Shown in pieces: positions 9,081 to 17,154 of a stretch of 48,029 nucleotides of DNA. The stretch comes from an archaeon (GTDB lineage: Archaea > Nanobdellota > Nanobdellia > SCGC-AAA011-G17 > GW2011-AR18): the NCBI GenBank assembly GCA_023245385.1, contig JAHFKM010000001.1:1-48029 (forward strand), written 5' to 3'. The stretch's first letter is position 1; each line of letters opens with the position of its first letter. The position numbers and the translations under genes are program-made. Under the pieces are notes generated by a model. It had not been told where the DNA came from. It did not search any database and worked only from the letters and a program-made list of their open reading frames with translations.

Positions 9081-9744
9081 GTGGTTTAACCTTAGAGAAA
9101 AATCCTTTAGGTATAACTCTGGAGACTGGGAAATCTGATGGCTTTCTAAGGAAGAGGTTTGTAATTTCTAGGTCTACTTGTCTTGCTCCACCTGAATTTT
9201 TGATATAATCTCTTAAAAGAGCGTATGCTTTTTTTGCATCTCCAAACCATGCTGTTTGATATGTGAAGATTCTTTCATCTTCATGTTCTCCTCTCCAGTG
9301 AACTTCGTAGAAGTTATGCGCTAACAAAAGGTCATCGAGTTCGTCTCTTGGTAAGTCTAAATCTCGTTCAATGTGGATGTCTGAAGCTTTATGTAGTCCG
9401 GCTTGTAGAAGTAATGGTGTTTCACATTTTGGGAAAGGAAAATTTACTATCGGTGTGAAAGGTTTTTCTTGAAAGGTCAAGCGATATTTATCTGGAACTG
9501 TTTCTGCTTCAATATATCCTTCAAAACAATCATCATTTTGAATGGCCTCTAATGTTTTATTCCAGACTTCGTTTAATCGTGCTCTCGATTCATAGGTTCT
9601 GTACGTATAATGATGTAGGGGTGCGTGTGTAGTGATCTTAGTTCTGTCAAAATTATCCGGATAAAATCCGAAAGAAAGGACTGCCCTCTCTAAACAATCA
9701 CCTAGTTTGTACCCATTGATATGGATTTCATATTTGGTTTTCAT
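9073..9744 (-). CDS. Hypothetical protein (223 aa)
   Basis: Long ORF with a 17-nt overlap onto the upstream methyltransferase gene. No motif recognised. Confidence 0.5.
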   Translation of the reverse strand: MKTKYEIHINGYKLGDCLERAVLSFGFYPDNFDRTKITTHAPLHHYTYRTYESRARLNEVWNKTLEAIQNDDCFEGYIEAETVPDKYRLTFQEKPFTPIVNFPFPKCETPLLLQAGLHKASDIHIERDLDLPRDELDDLLLAHNFYEVHWRGEHEDERIFTYQTAWFGDAKKAYALLRDYIKNSGGARQVDLEITNLFLRKPSDFPVSRVIPKGFFSKVKPLT

Positions 9745-10738
9745 TTTTCCTCTTATAGGCTAGAAATGTTTCTCTTGAGATTTCTCTCCTACCCTCAATA
9801 GTCTCTTTCACATATTTTCCTTCAGAATCAACGAAGAGGCTAGTTCGAGCAAAATCATTTAACCTAAAGCTTACGTCTTTACGACGCTCTTCATATCTTC
9901 GAGAAACTTGAGCAAGCTCTCTCGTTCTGTCTTCAAGCTCTTTCGTTCTTGCTGTAAATAGGATTAGCCCAGTAATTACACTTGGAATTAGCATAACATT
10001 TGCCCCTTTCCTTACATAGTCTAACGCTCTTGCTGCTTGTCCTTTCTTTTGAGCATAATATACTCCTTCCATATGATACCGAAAATACAAATTAAAATGG
10101 GTAAATCCCAGCTTTTTAAGAAGCTTAATTTCGTGTTCTAAAGATCGTGAAATTCTAGAATCCTTTTGATAATGAATTATCCATTCTTGAGCTAATTCTT
10201 CAAGCCCCTCTCTTTCTCTTACAGTTCTGAAAAAGTCAATTTCTTGCTGAAGCACATGTTCATCTATCCTTTTTTGTCCGTAATCAAACTTATCAGCAAA
10301 AATCACCCAACCTTGTGGTTTAATCACTCTGGCTACTTCCGAAAGAATCTTTGTCCTTTTTTTTTCAGGGATATTATGGACTGTGAATGCTGAAATAACG
10401 ACATCATATCTATCGCTTGATTGTCTTTGCAAAAAATTATACGCATCAGCTTCCACATAAGAGAGATTTTCTCTTTCACCAATCTGATGTCGGGCTTGAT
10501 CAAGCATCGTTTTACTAATATCCACTGCTGTGACTTTACTTTCAGGTTTAGCTGCAATAATTTCTGTGAGCGTTCTTCCTGTTCCCGTGCCTATCTCTAA
10601 GATACTTGGATCTGTAGCTTCAATGATTCGTGGTAGAATTTCTCTCACAGTATACTGTAAAAAGGGCTCATGAGGGCATAATATGCTAAAATCCTTATAT
10701 CTTGCTCCGAGAGTACTATCAAATTCCAGTCTTTCCAC
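9728..10738 (-). CDS. Class I SAM-dependent methyltransferase with C-terminal TM and charged coiled segment
   Basis: Motif I ILEIGTGTGRTL, then DVVISAFTVHNIPEKKRTKILSEVARVIKPQGWVIF. The C-terminal ~110 aa contain a hydrophobic stretch (VMLIPSVITGLILFTA) and an RE-rich helix. Confidence 0.7.
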   Translation of the reverse strand: MERLEFDSTLGARYKDFSILCPHEPFLQYTVREILPRIIEATDPSILEIGTGTGRTLTEIIAAKPESKVTAVDISKTMLDQARHQIGERENLSYVEADAYNFLQRQSSDRYDVVISAFTVHNIPEKKRTKILSEVARVIKPQGWVIFADKFDYGQKRIDEHVLQQEIDFFRTVREREGLEELAQEWIIHYQKDSRISRSLEHEIKLLKKLGFTHFNLYFRYHMEGVYYAQKKGQAARALDYVRKGANVMLIPSVITGLILFTARTKELEDRTRELAQVSRRYEERRKDVSFRLNDFARTSLFVDSEGKYVKETIEGRREISRETFLAYKRKNENQI

Positions 10739-10833
10739 ACATAATGTTAGCTTTTGTACTATAAAATTATTGAGTTCCCCTTAGTGGGACACAAAAACGA
10801 ATTATTTAAATAGAACTAAAGCTCTTACTTTTT

Positions 10834-11655
10834 ATGGATATTAAAATATTAGAACAAATAGGACTTACCCAAGGAGAAATAAAAACCTATCTTGCACTTC
10901 TCAAACTCGGATTTAGCTCTACCGGAGCAATAGCAAAGGAATCCCAAGTTTCCAGATCAAAATTGTACCTCATTCTTGATAAATTAGAGAAAAAAGGATT
11001 AGCCAGTCACGTCGAACAGCAAGGTATTATTCACTTTCAAGCTGCCGAACCCTCTAAAGTAAAAGACTATATCCTCCAAAAAGAAGAAGAACTAAAACAA
11101 GTCGAAAAAAGTTTTGAACAATTCCTTCCAGAACTAGAAAGTTTCTCTAAAGAATCAAAAAAAGTTCAAAACGTAGCAGTTTATCAAGGACTCAAAGGAC
11201 TGGCCACAGCTCATGAACATACCTACCTTAAACTCAAAAAAGGAGAAGAATACTATTATCTTGGCATTCCAAAAGACCAACCCGCACACCATCACCTCTA
11301 CTGGCAAAGGGATCATGAAAAAAGAATCCAAACCGGCATAAAATGTAAACTCCTTTTTAATCAAGATACTCCACAAGAAATTTTACAGAATCGAAATTCT
11401 TACAAAGACTGTGACGCACGCTACATGCCCACAAATATTAAGACTCCTTCTTACTTTTTAATCTACAAAGATATCGTTATGATTGCGATACCTTATGAAA
11501 AACCTATTGCCATAGAAATCATCAGCGAAGAAATAGCAGAGTCCTTCAAAGCCTACTTCAACGAATTCTGGAAACTCACAAAACCTTTAAAAAAAAATAC
11601 TCTCACCACTAACTCAAAAAAAGTCCTTCTTCGTCACAATACTATCACCAATTAA
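10834..11655 (+). CDS. TrmB-family transcriptional regulator
   Basis: N-terminal wHTH IKILEQIGLTQGEIKTYLALLKLGFSSTGAIAKESQVSRSKLYLILDKLEKKGLA. A TATA-like box lies at 10802-10812, about 26 nt upstream. Confidence 0.7.
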   Translation: MDIKILEQIGLTQGEIKTYLALLKLGFSSTGAIAKESQVSRSKLYLILDKLEKKGLASHVEQQGIIHFQAAEPSKVKDYILQKEEELKQVEKSFEQFLPELESFSKESKKVQNVAVYQGLKGLATAHEHTYLKLKKGEEYYYLGIPKDQPAHHHLYWQRDHEKRIQTGIKCKLLFNQDTPQEILQNRNSYKDCDARYMPTNIKTPSYFLIYKDIVMIAIPYEKPIAIEIISEEIAESFKAYFNEFWKLTKPLKKNTLTTNSKKVLLRHNTITN

Positions 11656-11814
11656 GATTCAAGCGGTAAAGTCACACACGAGTCGTCCTAAAAAAAATAA
11701 AACTGTTGGACTAGGAAAAAATATACTTCACAGACTTCTTCTGTAGCAATTTTATCGAAAACATCAACCATCAAACCAGATAAAATTCATCCTTAACTTT
11801 TTCAATTATTGCTT

Positions 11815-12249
11815 TTATCTAAACCTCGCTTTAATGATGCTTAGGATCTCTCCTGAACATTTATTCCAAAAATCCGTAATCTCTTTCGCTTGTTCCACGC
11901 TTACCTTAAACCCTCGATAATTTGCATCATTACGAATCCTCTTAAATCTCGGGAGATAATTTAACATCACCTTTTCTTTGATATCTGCTTCCTGCAAAAT
12001 ATCCATGCTCACTTCGTGAGTTCTGGGTTCATACCCTAAAAGGCCCCATTTTGCATCACCCAACTGACGAATGGATTCATACAGCTCTCTAAAAATAACT
12101 GTAGCACTTTCTCTATCTAAAGCTAACTTCTTTACAACCTTAGCGTTTATCTCAGCAGATTCAACTATGGATTTTACTTTTTCAAGATCTACCTCTCTCA
12201 TCCTCAAATCTCCCTGCTTTATCAATAACTCAACCCGTTCTTCCTTCAT
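11815..12249 (-). CDS. HEPN domain protein (toxin-like partner of the MNT)
   Basis: All-helical 144 aa with an RIRNDANYRG motif. It has a 4-nt ATGA-type overlap with the upstream nucleotidyltransferase gene. Confidence 0.6.
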   Translation of the reverse strand: MKEERVELLIKQGDLRMREVDLEKVKSIVESAEINAKVVKKLALDRESATVIFRELYESIRQLGDAKWGLLGYEPRTHEVSMDILQEADIKEKVMLNYLPRFKRIRNDANYRGFKVSVEQAKEITDFWNKCSGEILSIIKARFR

Positions 12250-12878
12250 AATTTAACCTCCAAAAATCCTCCAAGCACAATACCATTAGCAATATTATTA
12301 AAAACATGCAAGTCTACATTTTCTCTTGATTTTTTATTAAAAACAAGTACCTGAATATTCCTGCTTAAATATTCTTCAATTTCAACAACCAAATCGTGAT
12401 TTTTCTTATTGTCTGCTACTAATTGCCTTAACAATACAACCCGAGCCTCGTCTTTTACTTCTTGATCTATTTCAATAGCAATATCAATATCTGAACTAGA
12501 AATATCTGCACCCCATCTAAAACTTCCAAATAAAATCATTGCTCTTGGATTTTGATAGAAGTCATTAAGAAACTCTACTAAACCACTTTGGTATACTGCA
12601 TTCAAATTAAAAACAATTTTACTTTTTCTAAAAAACCAATTTTGCTGGTTCGCTTTAACCCTCCAAATCTTACTTAGCGGAGTCAATAAAATCAACTCAT
12701 CTTTATGAAACTCCCTTAAAATATCCCCTAAATTTCCCTTCGAAACACTAATCTCCTTCGCAAGATCAGAAAGACTAAACTCTAGATCGGGATACCTAAA
12801 TAAATACTCTAACACCTTTTGTCGCGTAGTCTCATAAAAGAACTTACGGTACTTATCCTGAACATTCGTTCTTTTCAT
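12246..12878 (-). CDS. Minimal nucleotidyltransferase (MNT) fused to an N-terminal winged-helix domain
   Basis: Motif ILFGSFRWGADISSSDIDIAIE (GS...D.D Pol-beta NTase signature). N-terminal wHTH (FSLSDLAKEISVSKGNLGDILREF). Confidence 0.7.
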   Translation of the reverse strand: MKRTNVQDKYRKFFYETTRQKVLEYLFRYPDLEFSLSDLAKEISVSKGNLGDILREFHKDELILLTPLSKIWRVKANQQNWFFRKSKIVFNLNAVYQSGLVEFLNDFYQNPRAMILFGSFRWGADISSSDIDIAIEIDQEVKDEARVVLLRQLVADNKKNHDLVVEIEEYLSRNIQVLVFNKKSRENVDLHVFNNIANGIVLGGFLEVKL

Positions 12879-13236
12879 AGAACATACGTACTAATAGAAA
12901 TATATAAACCTTTTTATTACACTCAACCATCTCCTTTCCGCAGCAACATTGACCTTAAATAACACATAGACTTAGTATACAAGAATAACACAAAGAAGAT
13001 ACACTATCACTACACCATGCGCGCATGTCCCCACGCTTATACTTCACTGTATCCGCGTCTCCTTTTGTTCGACAAAAATTTAAAAACAAATTCTTCAAAG
13101 TTCCCTATAGAAAATCACTCAACAAAGGAAGTTCCCTCTGAAAGATCAAGTGTTAATTCACGATTAGGAAATAATAGATAACTGGATTTTATTAGAATGT
13201 CTTCACTCGATTGTTAAATTTTCTTTTTGTAAAAAT

Positions 13237-15993
13237 TTATTCTCCTGGTCCCGGTGGTCTTCCTGGTGGTGGAAGAGTGAGTTGTTCTTCTGTGAGGCAG
13301 GTGCAGATACCATTATTATTCGTGTAGGCTCCGCTTGGGCAGGAGGGAATACCATTGGTACATCCTTGTTGAAGTGCTGAGCTCACTTCGTTACTTGTTT
13401 TTCCACAGCATCCAGTTGCACTTGCTGCGTTGGTGCACATGACGAGCGCGCATGATCCTGCGGTGAAGCTTCCTGAGGGTGCTGTGCTTCCTGTTGGAAG
13501 ACAATCTCCTGGTGTTGGAGTCGTTGTTTGTTTGACGTCTATGAGGTAAGCTCGGTCTATTGGTGGTCGTGTTCCTGGTTGGACTTGTTTTCGTGGCGTT
13601 CCTAAGGCTAAGAGTCCTGCTTGAATTAAATTTTCAGAACATTTTTCGACTTTTGCTATTTCTTGACCGAGAGCTGAGCATGAGCTTATGCAAGAGTTCC
13701 AATCTGGACAGTTTTCTGGTGCTGGCTGTTCTACAATCCCTTTATCTTCTGAACCTCCAAAACCGCCTTCTTCGGGGCTTGAACCTTCTTCACCCGCTCG
13801 TTCTTTTGCATTTTCTTCATCTGTTTTTTTTCTTTCTTCATCTGTTTTTTTAGAAATCTGATCGACTGCGTTAAAGTGAAGATCACCTTCCTGCTCTGAA
13901 GTAATTTTTCCATCCCTTTTAAGACTCTCGATCTCGGAGTCTACAAAAAAAAGCAAAGCACCACCGCTATCCATATGAATAGTCCTTCCACTTATCCTTG
14001 TGTAGCTCAGTGGTTCTAGATAACCCCCTGGAGGATCCTTCCACTGAATAGAATTTCCGTCAGGAGAAAGCCGTATTTGTAAATCTTTAACAAAATCAAC
14101 AGCGAATCTAAACAAGTGAGGATCCCAGTCTGCAGTAGCAGGATCAGAGCTAGGATCATAGTAAGAGCCCTCGCCTGTGCTCGTTGATCCGCTCCCCCCT
14201 CCTCCGTAGATTTGTCTGCAGTCTACTTGTCCGATACATCCGTAGGTTCTTCCATCGTCGCTTACGGTCATGATTGATGTTCTTCCTGCTGCGTCTTGGA
14301 GTGTATACATAACGTTGTTTCCTCTGCGTTCAGAGCCAGTCATGTGTATACCCACATTTTCTCTTGTTGAGGAGCCTTCGGCAGTTGATTCTCCTTTGAG
14401 TTGACATTTTTTTCCGAGTGGAACGCCGTTGAGTTGTTCTCCTAAAGGTTGTGTACCAAGTGTTCCTGGAAGTCCAATGGCTTTAGTTATACATTGGAGG
14501 TATTGGTCTTGTGGTGTTGTTTGTGCGAAGAGTTGGTTGCAGTTTCCGGTGGTAGGATATCCGAGTGGGCTGGTGAGTGTATCTTGGCAGAGTTTTTTCA
14601 TATCTTGAAGGTCTTGGTCTGTTGTGCTTGGCCATCTGTTGCGGATTTGATCTTGGAATGTTTGGAATGATCCTGAAGATCTGCTTGATCTAGTAGAGGG
14701 GATTGTGCTGAGAGAGGAGGGAGGTGTAGGGGATTGTGCTTCTTGTTTGCAGGGATCTGATGGGCAGAGGTAGCGTTGTGTGCGTGATGAAGAAGTTGTG
14801 GATGAGGAAGGAGTTTGTCCGCTTGTTATTTCTGGAAGGTTAAAATCTTTTGGTCCTGCAATGAGCATGTCTACGATGCTGCATTGTCCGAGTTGAAGTG
14901 CGCGTGGGTCTCTGAAACTGTTGATCATGGTAATAGGATCGAAGCAGGCTGAAGGTGAAGGAGTAGTGCAGGATGGAATAGTGACGAGTGCTCCACTTCT
15001 TCTGTCAATAAGGTAAGTGGATTGTGTTGGCCATGTTGAGCTTTGGAGTGATTGAATGATTTCTTTGTAATTTGTCTCAAGTGTGTCTGAGACGTAGCAG
15101 AAGATGCCTTTGCTTTTGCAAACGTCATAGAAGGGAAGTAGCGGGTTGAGCTGAAGGCGGAGGAATTGTCCTTTAGTCTGCGCGTATCCGTGTGTTTCGA
15201 GTTGGTGAAGAACGACGTTGGTGCTTTGCCAGAGTGCTTGGTCTAAGAGGAAAATGTCGCGTGGTGCTGCGCAGTGGCTGAATGTTGCTATTTGTTTTAT
15301 TGGAGTTTTGAGTCTTGCTTGGTCTGGTGCAATAGAAATTTCTTCTTGAAGTGCGCGGTAGAAAGATTGATCGCTGATAAGGTGATTGCTTTTACAGATT
15401 TGTGGTGCTGCGAGAAGTGTTGTTCTGAAATTCGGTTCGAGTCTGTTTTGGAGTTCTTTTTGGAGTGTAAGAGATGCGAGTTGTAATACTGGTTGTGTTA
15501 AGGTAATTCCAAACGTGGAGGGCGGTGCGAGTTGTTGCCATGCTTGATCAATAAGAGTGTCACATGCTTGTTTTGCAGTAATATAATCTTTGAGTTTTTG
15601 GCGGAGGATGGGATCGTCTGTGAAGGTGATCATTGCTTTTTTGACGTCTTGAGTTTTTCCGTTTTTCTGAAGATTCGCAACAGTAATGCCGAGTTGGCTG
15701 ATCTTTGATTCAAAATCAGAACTATACTTTTGTGCGTTGACTTGAACAAGGTTCATGCATGTTTGAAGGGAAACAAGATCCAAGTTTAGATGAGTAATTG
15801 GCAAAGCTGTTGTAGTTCCAGTACTCGTTTTTAATGCTGATGTGGTGCTTGGTACGATTTTTTTGAGCGTGCTTGTAATACTTTGTCCGGTAATTGTTCC
15901 AGCAAAAGAACTTACAAAAACAACAAGTCCGATGAGAATAATAAGAACGCCTGCGGTGATTTCTAGTTCAAGAGAAAAATTCTTTTTTTTCAT
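13237..15993 (-). CDS. 918-aa secreted protein with pilin-type (class III-like) N-terminal signal/anchor, S/T/P-rich linkers and a Cys-rich C-terminus
   Basis: The start is taken at the internal ATG (comp 15991-15993): MKKKNFSLELEITAGVLIILIGLVVFVSSF. It has long S/T-rich tracts and ends with a Cys-rich module and PPPGRPPGPGE. It looks much more GC-rich than the neighbours by eye. Confidence 0.65.
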   Translation of the reverse strand: MKKKNFSLELEITAGVLIILIGLVVFVSSFAGTITGQSITSTLKKIVPSTTSALKTSTGTTTALPITHLNLDLVSLQTCMNLVQVNAQKYSSDFESKISQLGITVANLQKNGKTQDVKKAMITFTDDPILRQKLKDYITAKQACDTLIDQAWQQLAPPSTFGITLTQPVLQLASLTLQKELQNRLEPNFRTTLLAAPQICKSNHLISDQSFYRALQEEISIAPDQARLKTPIKQIATFSHCAAPRDIFLLDQALWQSTNVVLHQLETHGYAQTKGQFLRLQLNPLLPFYDVCKSKGIFCYVSDTLETNYKEIIQSLQSSTWPTQSTYLIDRRSGALVTIPSCTTPSPSACFDPITMINSFRDPRALQLGQCSIVDMLIAGPKDFNLPEITSGQTPSSSTTSSSRTQRYLCPSDPCKQEAQSPTPPSSLSTIPSTRSSRSSGSFQTFQDQIRNRWPSTTDQDLQDMKKLCQDTLTSPLGYPTTGNCNQLFAQTTPQDQYLQCITKAIGLPGTLGTQPLGEQLNGVPLGKKCQLKGESTAEGSSTRENVGIHMTGSERRGNNVMYTLQDAAGRTSIMTVSDDGRTYGCIGQVDCRQIYGGGGSGSTSTGEGSYYDPSSDPATADWDPHLFRFAVDFVKDLQIRLSPDGNSIQWKDPPGGYLEPLSYTRISGRTIHMDSGGALLFFVDSEIESLKRDGKITSEQEGDLHFNAVDQISKKTDEERKKTDEENAKERAGEEGSSPEEGGFGGSEDKGIVEQPAPENCPDWNSCISSCSALGQEIAKVEKCSENLIQAGLLALGTPRKQVQPGTRPPIDRAYLIDVKQTTTPTPGDCLPTGSTAPSGSFTAGSCALVMCTNAASATGCCGKTSNEVSSALQQGCTNGIPSCPSGAYTNNNGICTCLTEEQLTLPPPGRPPGPGE
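13813..13851 (-). repeat. In-frame 21-nt tandem duplication (18-nt exact copies)
   Basis: ttcttcatctgttttttt occurs at 13813-13830 and again at 13834-13851. It encodes KKTDEER/KKTDEEN within the giant protein. Confidence 0.8.
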
Positions 15994-16022
15994 ATCTGTC
16001 CTTACAAAGAGAATACTTAAGG

Positions 16023-16039
16023 ATATATATATATATATA
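16023..16039. repeat. (AT)8 microsatellite, probable TATA element of the giant secreted-protein gene
   Basis: atatatatatatatata ends 30 nt upstream of the ATG at 15993 (minus strand). It lies 24 nt downstream of the aRF1 stop. Confidence 0.6.
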
Positions 16040-16062
16040 CCGCTACAACTCACGAGAAGCAA

Positions 16063-17154
16063 TTAACCCATATGCTCAATAGAATAACGCAAAAATGCAG
16101 CAACAGCACCAAGATCTCTTAGTTGTGCTCCTTCTTCTGTTTCAGTTGAAACAAAAATGACAGTGGATCCAGAAGCGTTCGCCTGTTCTTCGAAAGCATC
16201 TGCTTCTAAAAATTCTTCAGAAATAAGAATCTTATCCACAGCTCCGAAGTCTAAAGCTTTTTTAACATCAGCCTTTCCATAAACCACTTTGTCAGAATTA
16301 GTAGAAAGTAATTTAAAAAATTCTTGCATGATCTTTTTTTCTTTAATAATTTCTTCCTGCGCTAAAGCATCTTGGCTTTTTTCTACAAGTTCTTTTAAAC
16401 CGAATTCTCCAGTATAACTCAAGTCACGAACAGCAACAATTTTTTTCTTAAGTTCATTATTCAAATAAGCGCCGTTTAGAAAAGTTTCCTTAGTCATCCC
16501 AGGGCCACCGAGTAAAATACCTTTCAAGTTTTTTCCCATAGCAAGAAATTCCTGATTAGCAATCTCAGCGATTCGATCATAGAACTCTCCAGCCGCGATT
16601 TCTCTGAGTCTGCTGAAACGAACCGAACTCTGTCCTCCCGCCCTTGTTTTTCCAGGAACTGCAGAAGTCATATCTTTAATAATAGATATAGACTTTCCTT
16701 TCAACAATCCAACTGTTCCTTCTCTATTATCCATCGCAATTAAACCATAAATCTCTTTAATCTGCAACATATCCTCAAGTGGTTCTGTAATAAAAGTTTG
16801 ATCACAGCGGTACATACGAATGTTTAATGGAACTGGTGTTTCTAAGCTCCAGACTTTAATATCTTGCTTTCCTTCTTGACCTGCGGTATTCCCAGAAAAG
16901 ATTGCAAGACCATTTACAGGAGTTTGCTTAAACAATCTTAAATGACGAATCATTCTTTCAAGAGAATCAATAACATTTGTGCGAGTAGTTTTGTCTTTAA
17001 TATTTGAAGCAGTTCCCTGTTCCTGAGAGAGATGCCCTATTATCTTGTTAATATCATAGCCAGCAGGAATATAAACTGTAACTAATTCTGTATGTCTTCC
17101 TCGGATAGATTTAAGTTCGTTAATAAACTTTTTTAACTTAAACTTCTCAATCAT
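16063..17154 (-). CDS. prf1: Peptide chain release factor aRF1
   Basis: TASNIKD (a NIKS-motif variant), YRCDQTF (YxCxxxF), and GGQ in TRAGGQSSVRFSRLRE. At 363 aa it is shorter than the archaeal aRF1s I recall. Confidence 0.9.
   Translation of the reverse strand: MIEKFKLKKFINELKSIRGRHTELVTVYIPAGYDINKIIGHLSQEQGTASNIKDKTTRTNVIDSLERMIRHLRLFKQTPVNGLAIFSGNTAGQEGKQDIKVWSLETPVPLNIRMYRCDQTFITEPLEDMLQIKEIYGLIAMDNREGTVGLLKGKSISIIKDMTSAVPGKTRAGGQSSVRFSRLREIAAGEFYDRIAEIANQEFLAMGKNLKGILLGGPGMTKETFLNGAYLNNELKKKIVAVRDLSYTGEFGLKELVEKSQDALAQEEIIKEKKIMQEFFKLLSTNSDKVVYGKADVKKALDFGAVDKILISEEFLEADAFEEQANASGSTVIFVSTETEEGAQLRDLGAVAAFLRYSIEHMG

Noticed and set aside
13017-13035. tgtccccacgc as an attR copy of the tRNA-Leu 3' end
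   Set aside because: Only ~10 of 11 nt match, with an indel. A match that short is expected by chance in a 48-kb window. It is kept only as a pointer within the spacer finding.
13096-13145. Resemblance of aagttccctatagaaa to the Flp FRT half-site
   Set aside because: The copies are direct rather than inverted, no Flp-like recombinase is present, and the similarity is short. It is probably coincidental.
13560-16066. Several plus-strand ORFs (13560-13853, 14449-14670, 15274-15486, 15842-16066) and nested minus-strand ORFs inside the giant gene
   Set aside because: They are shadow ORFs of the 918-aa gene, with low-complexity translations and no start context.
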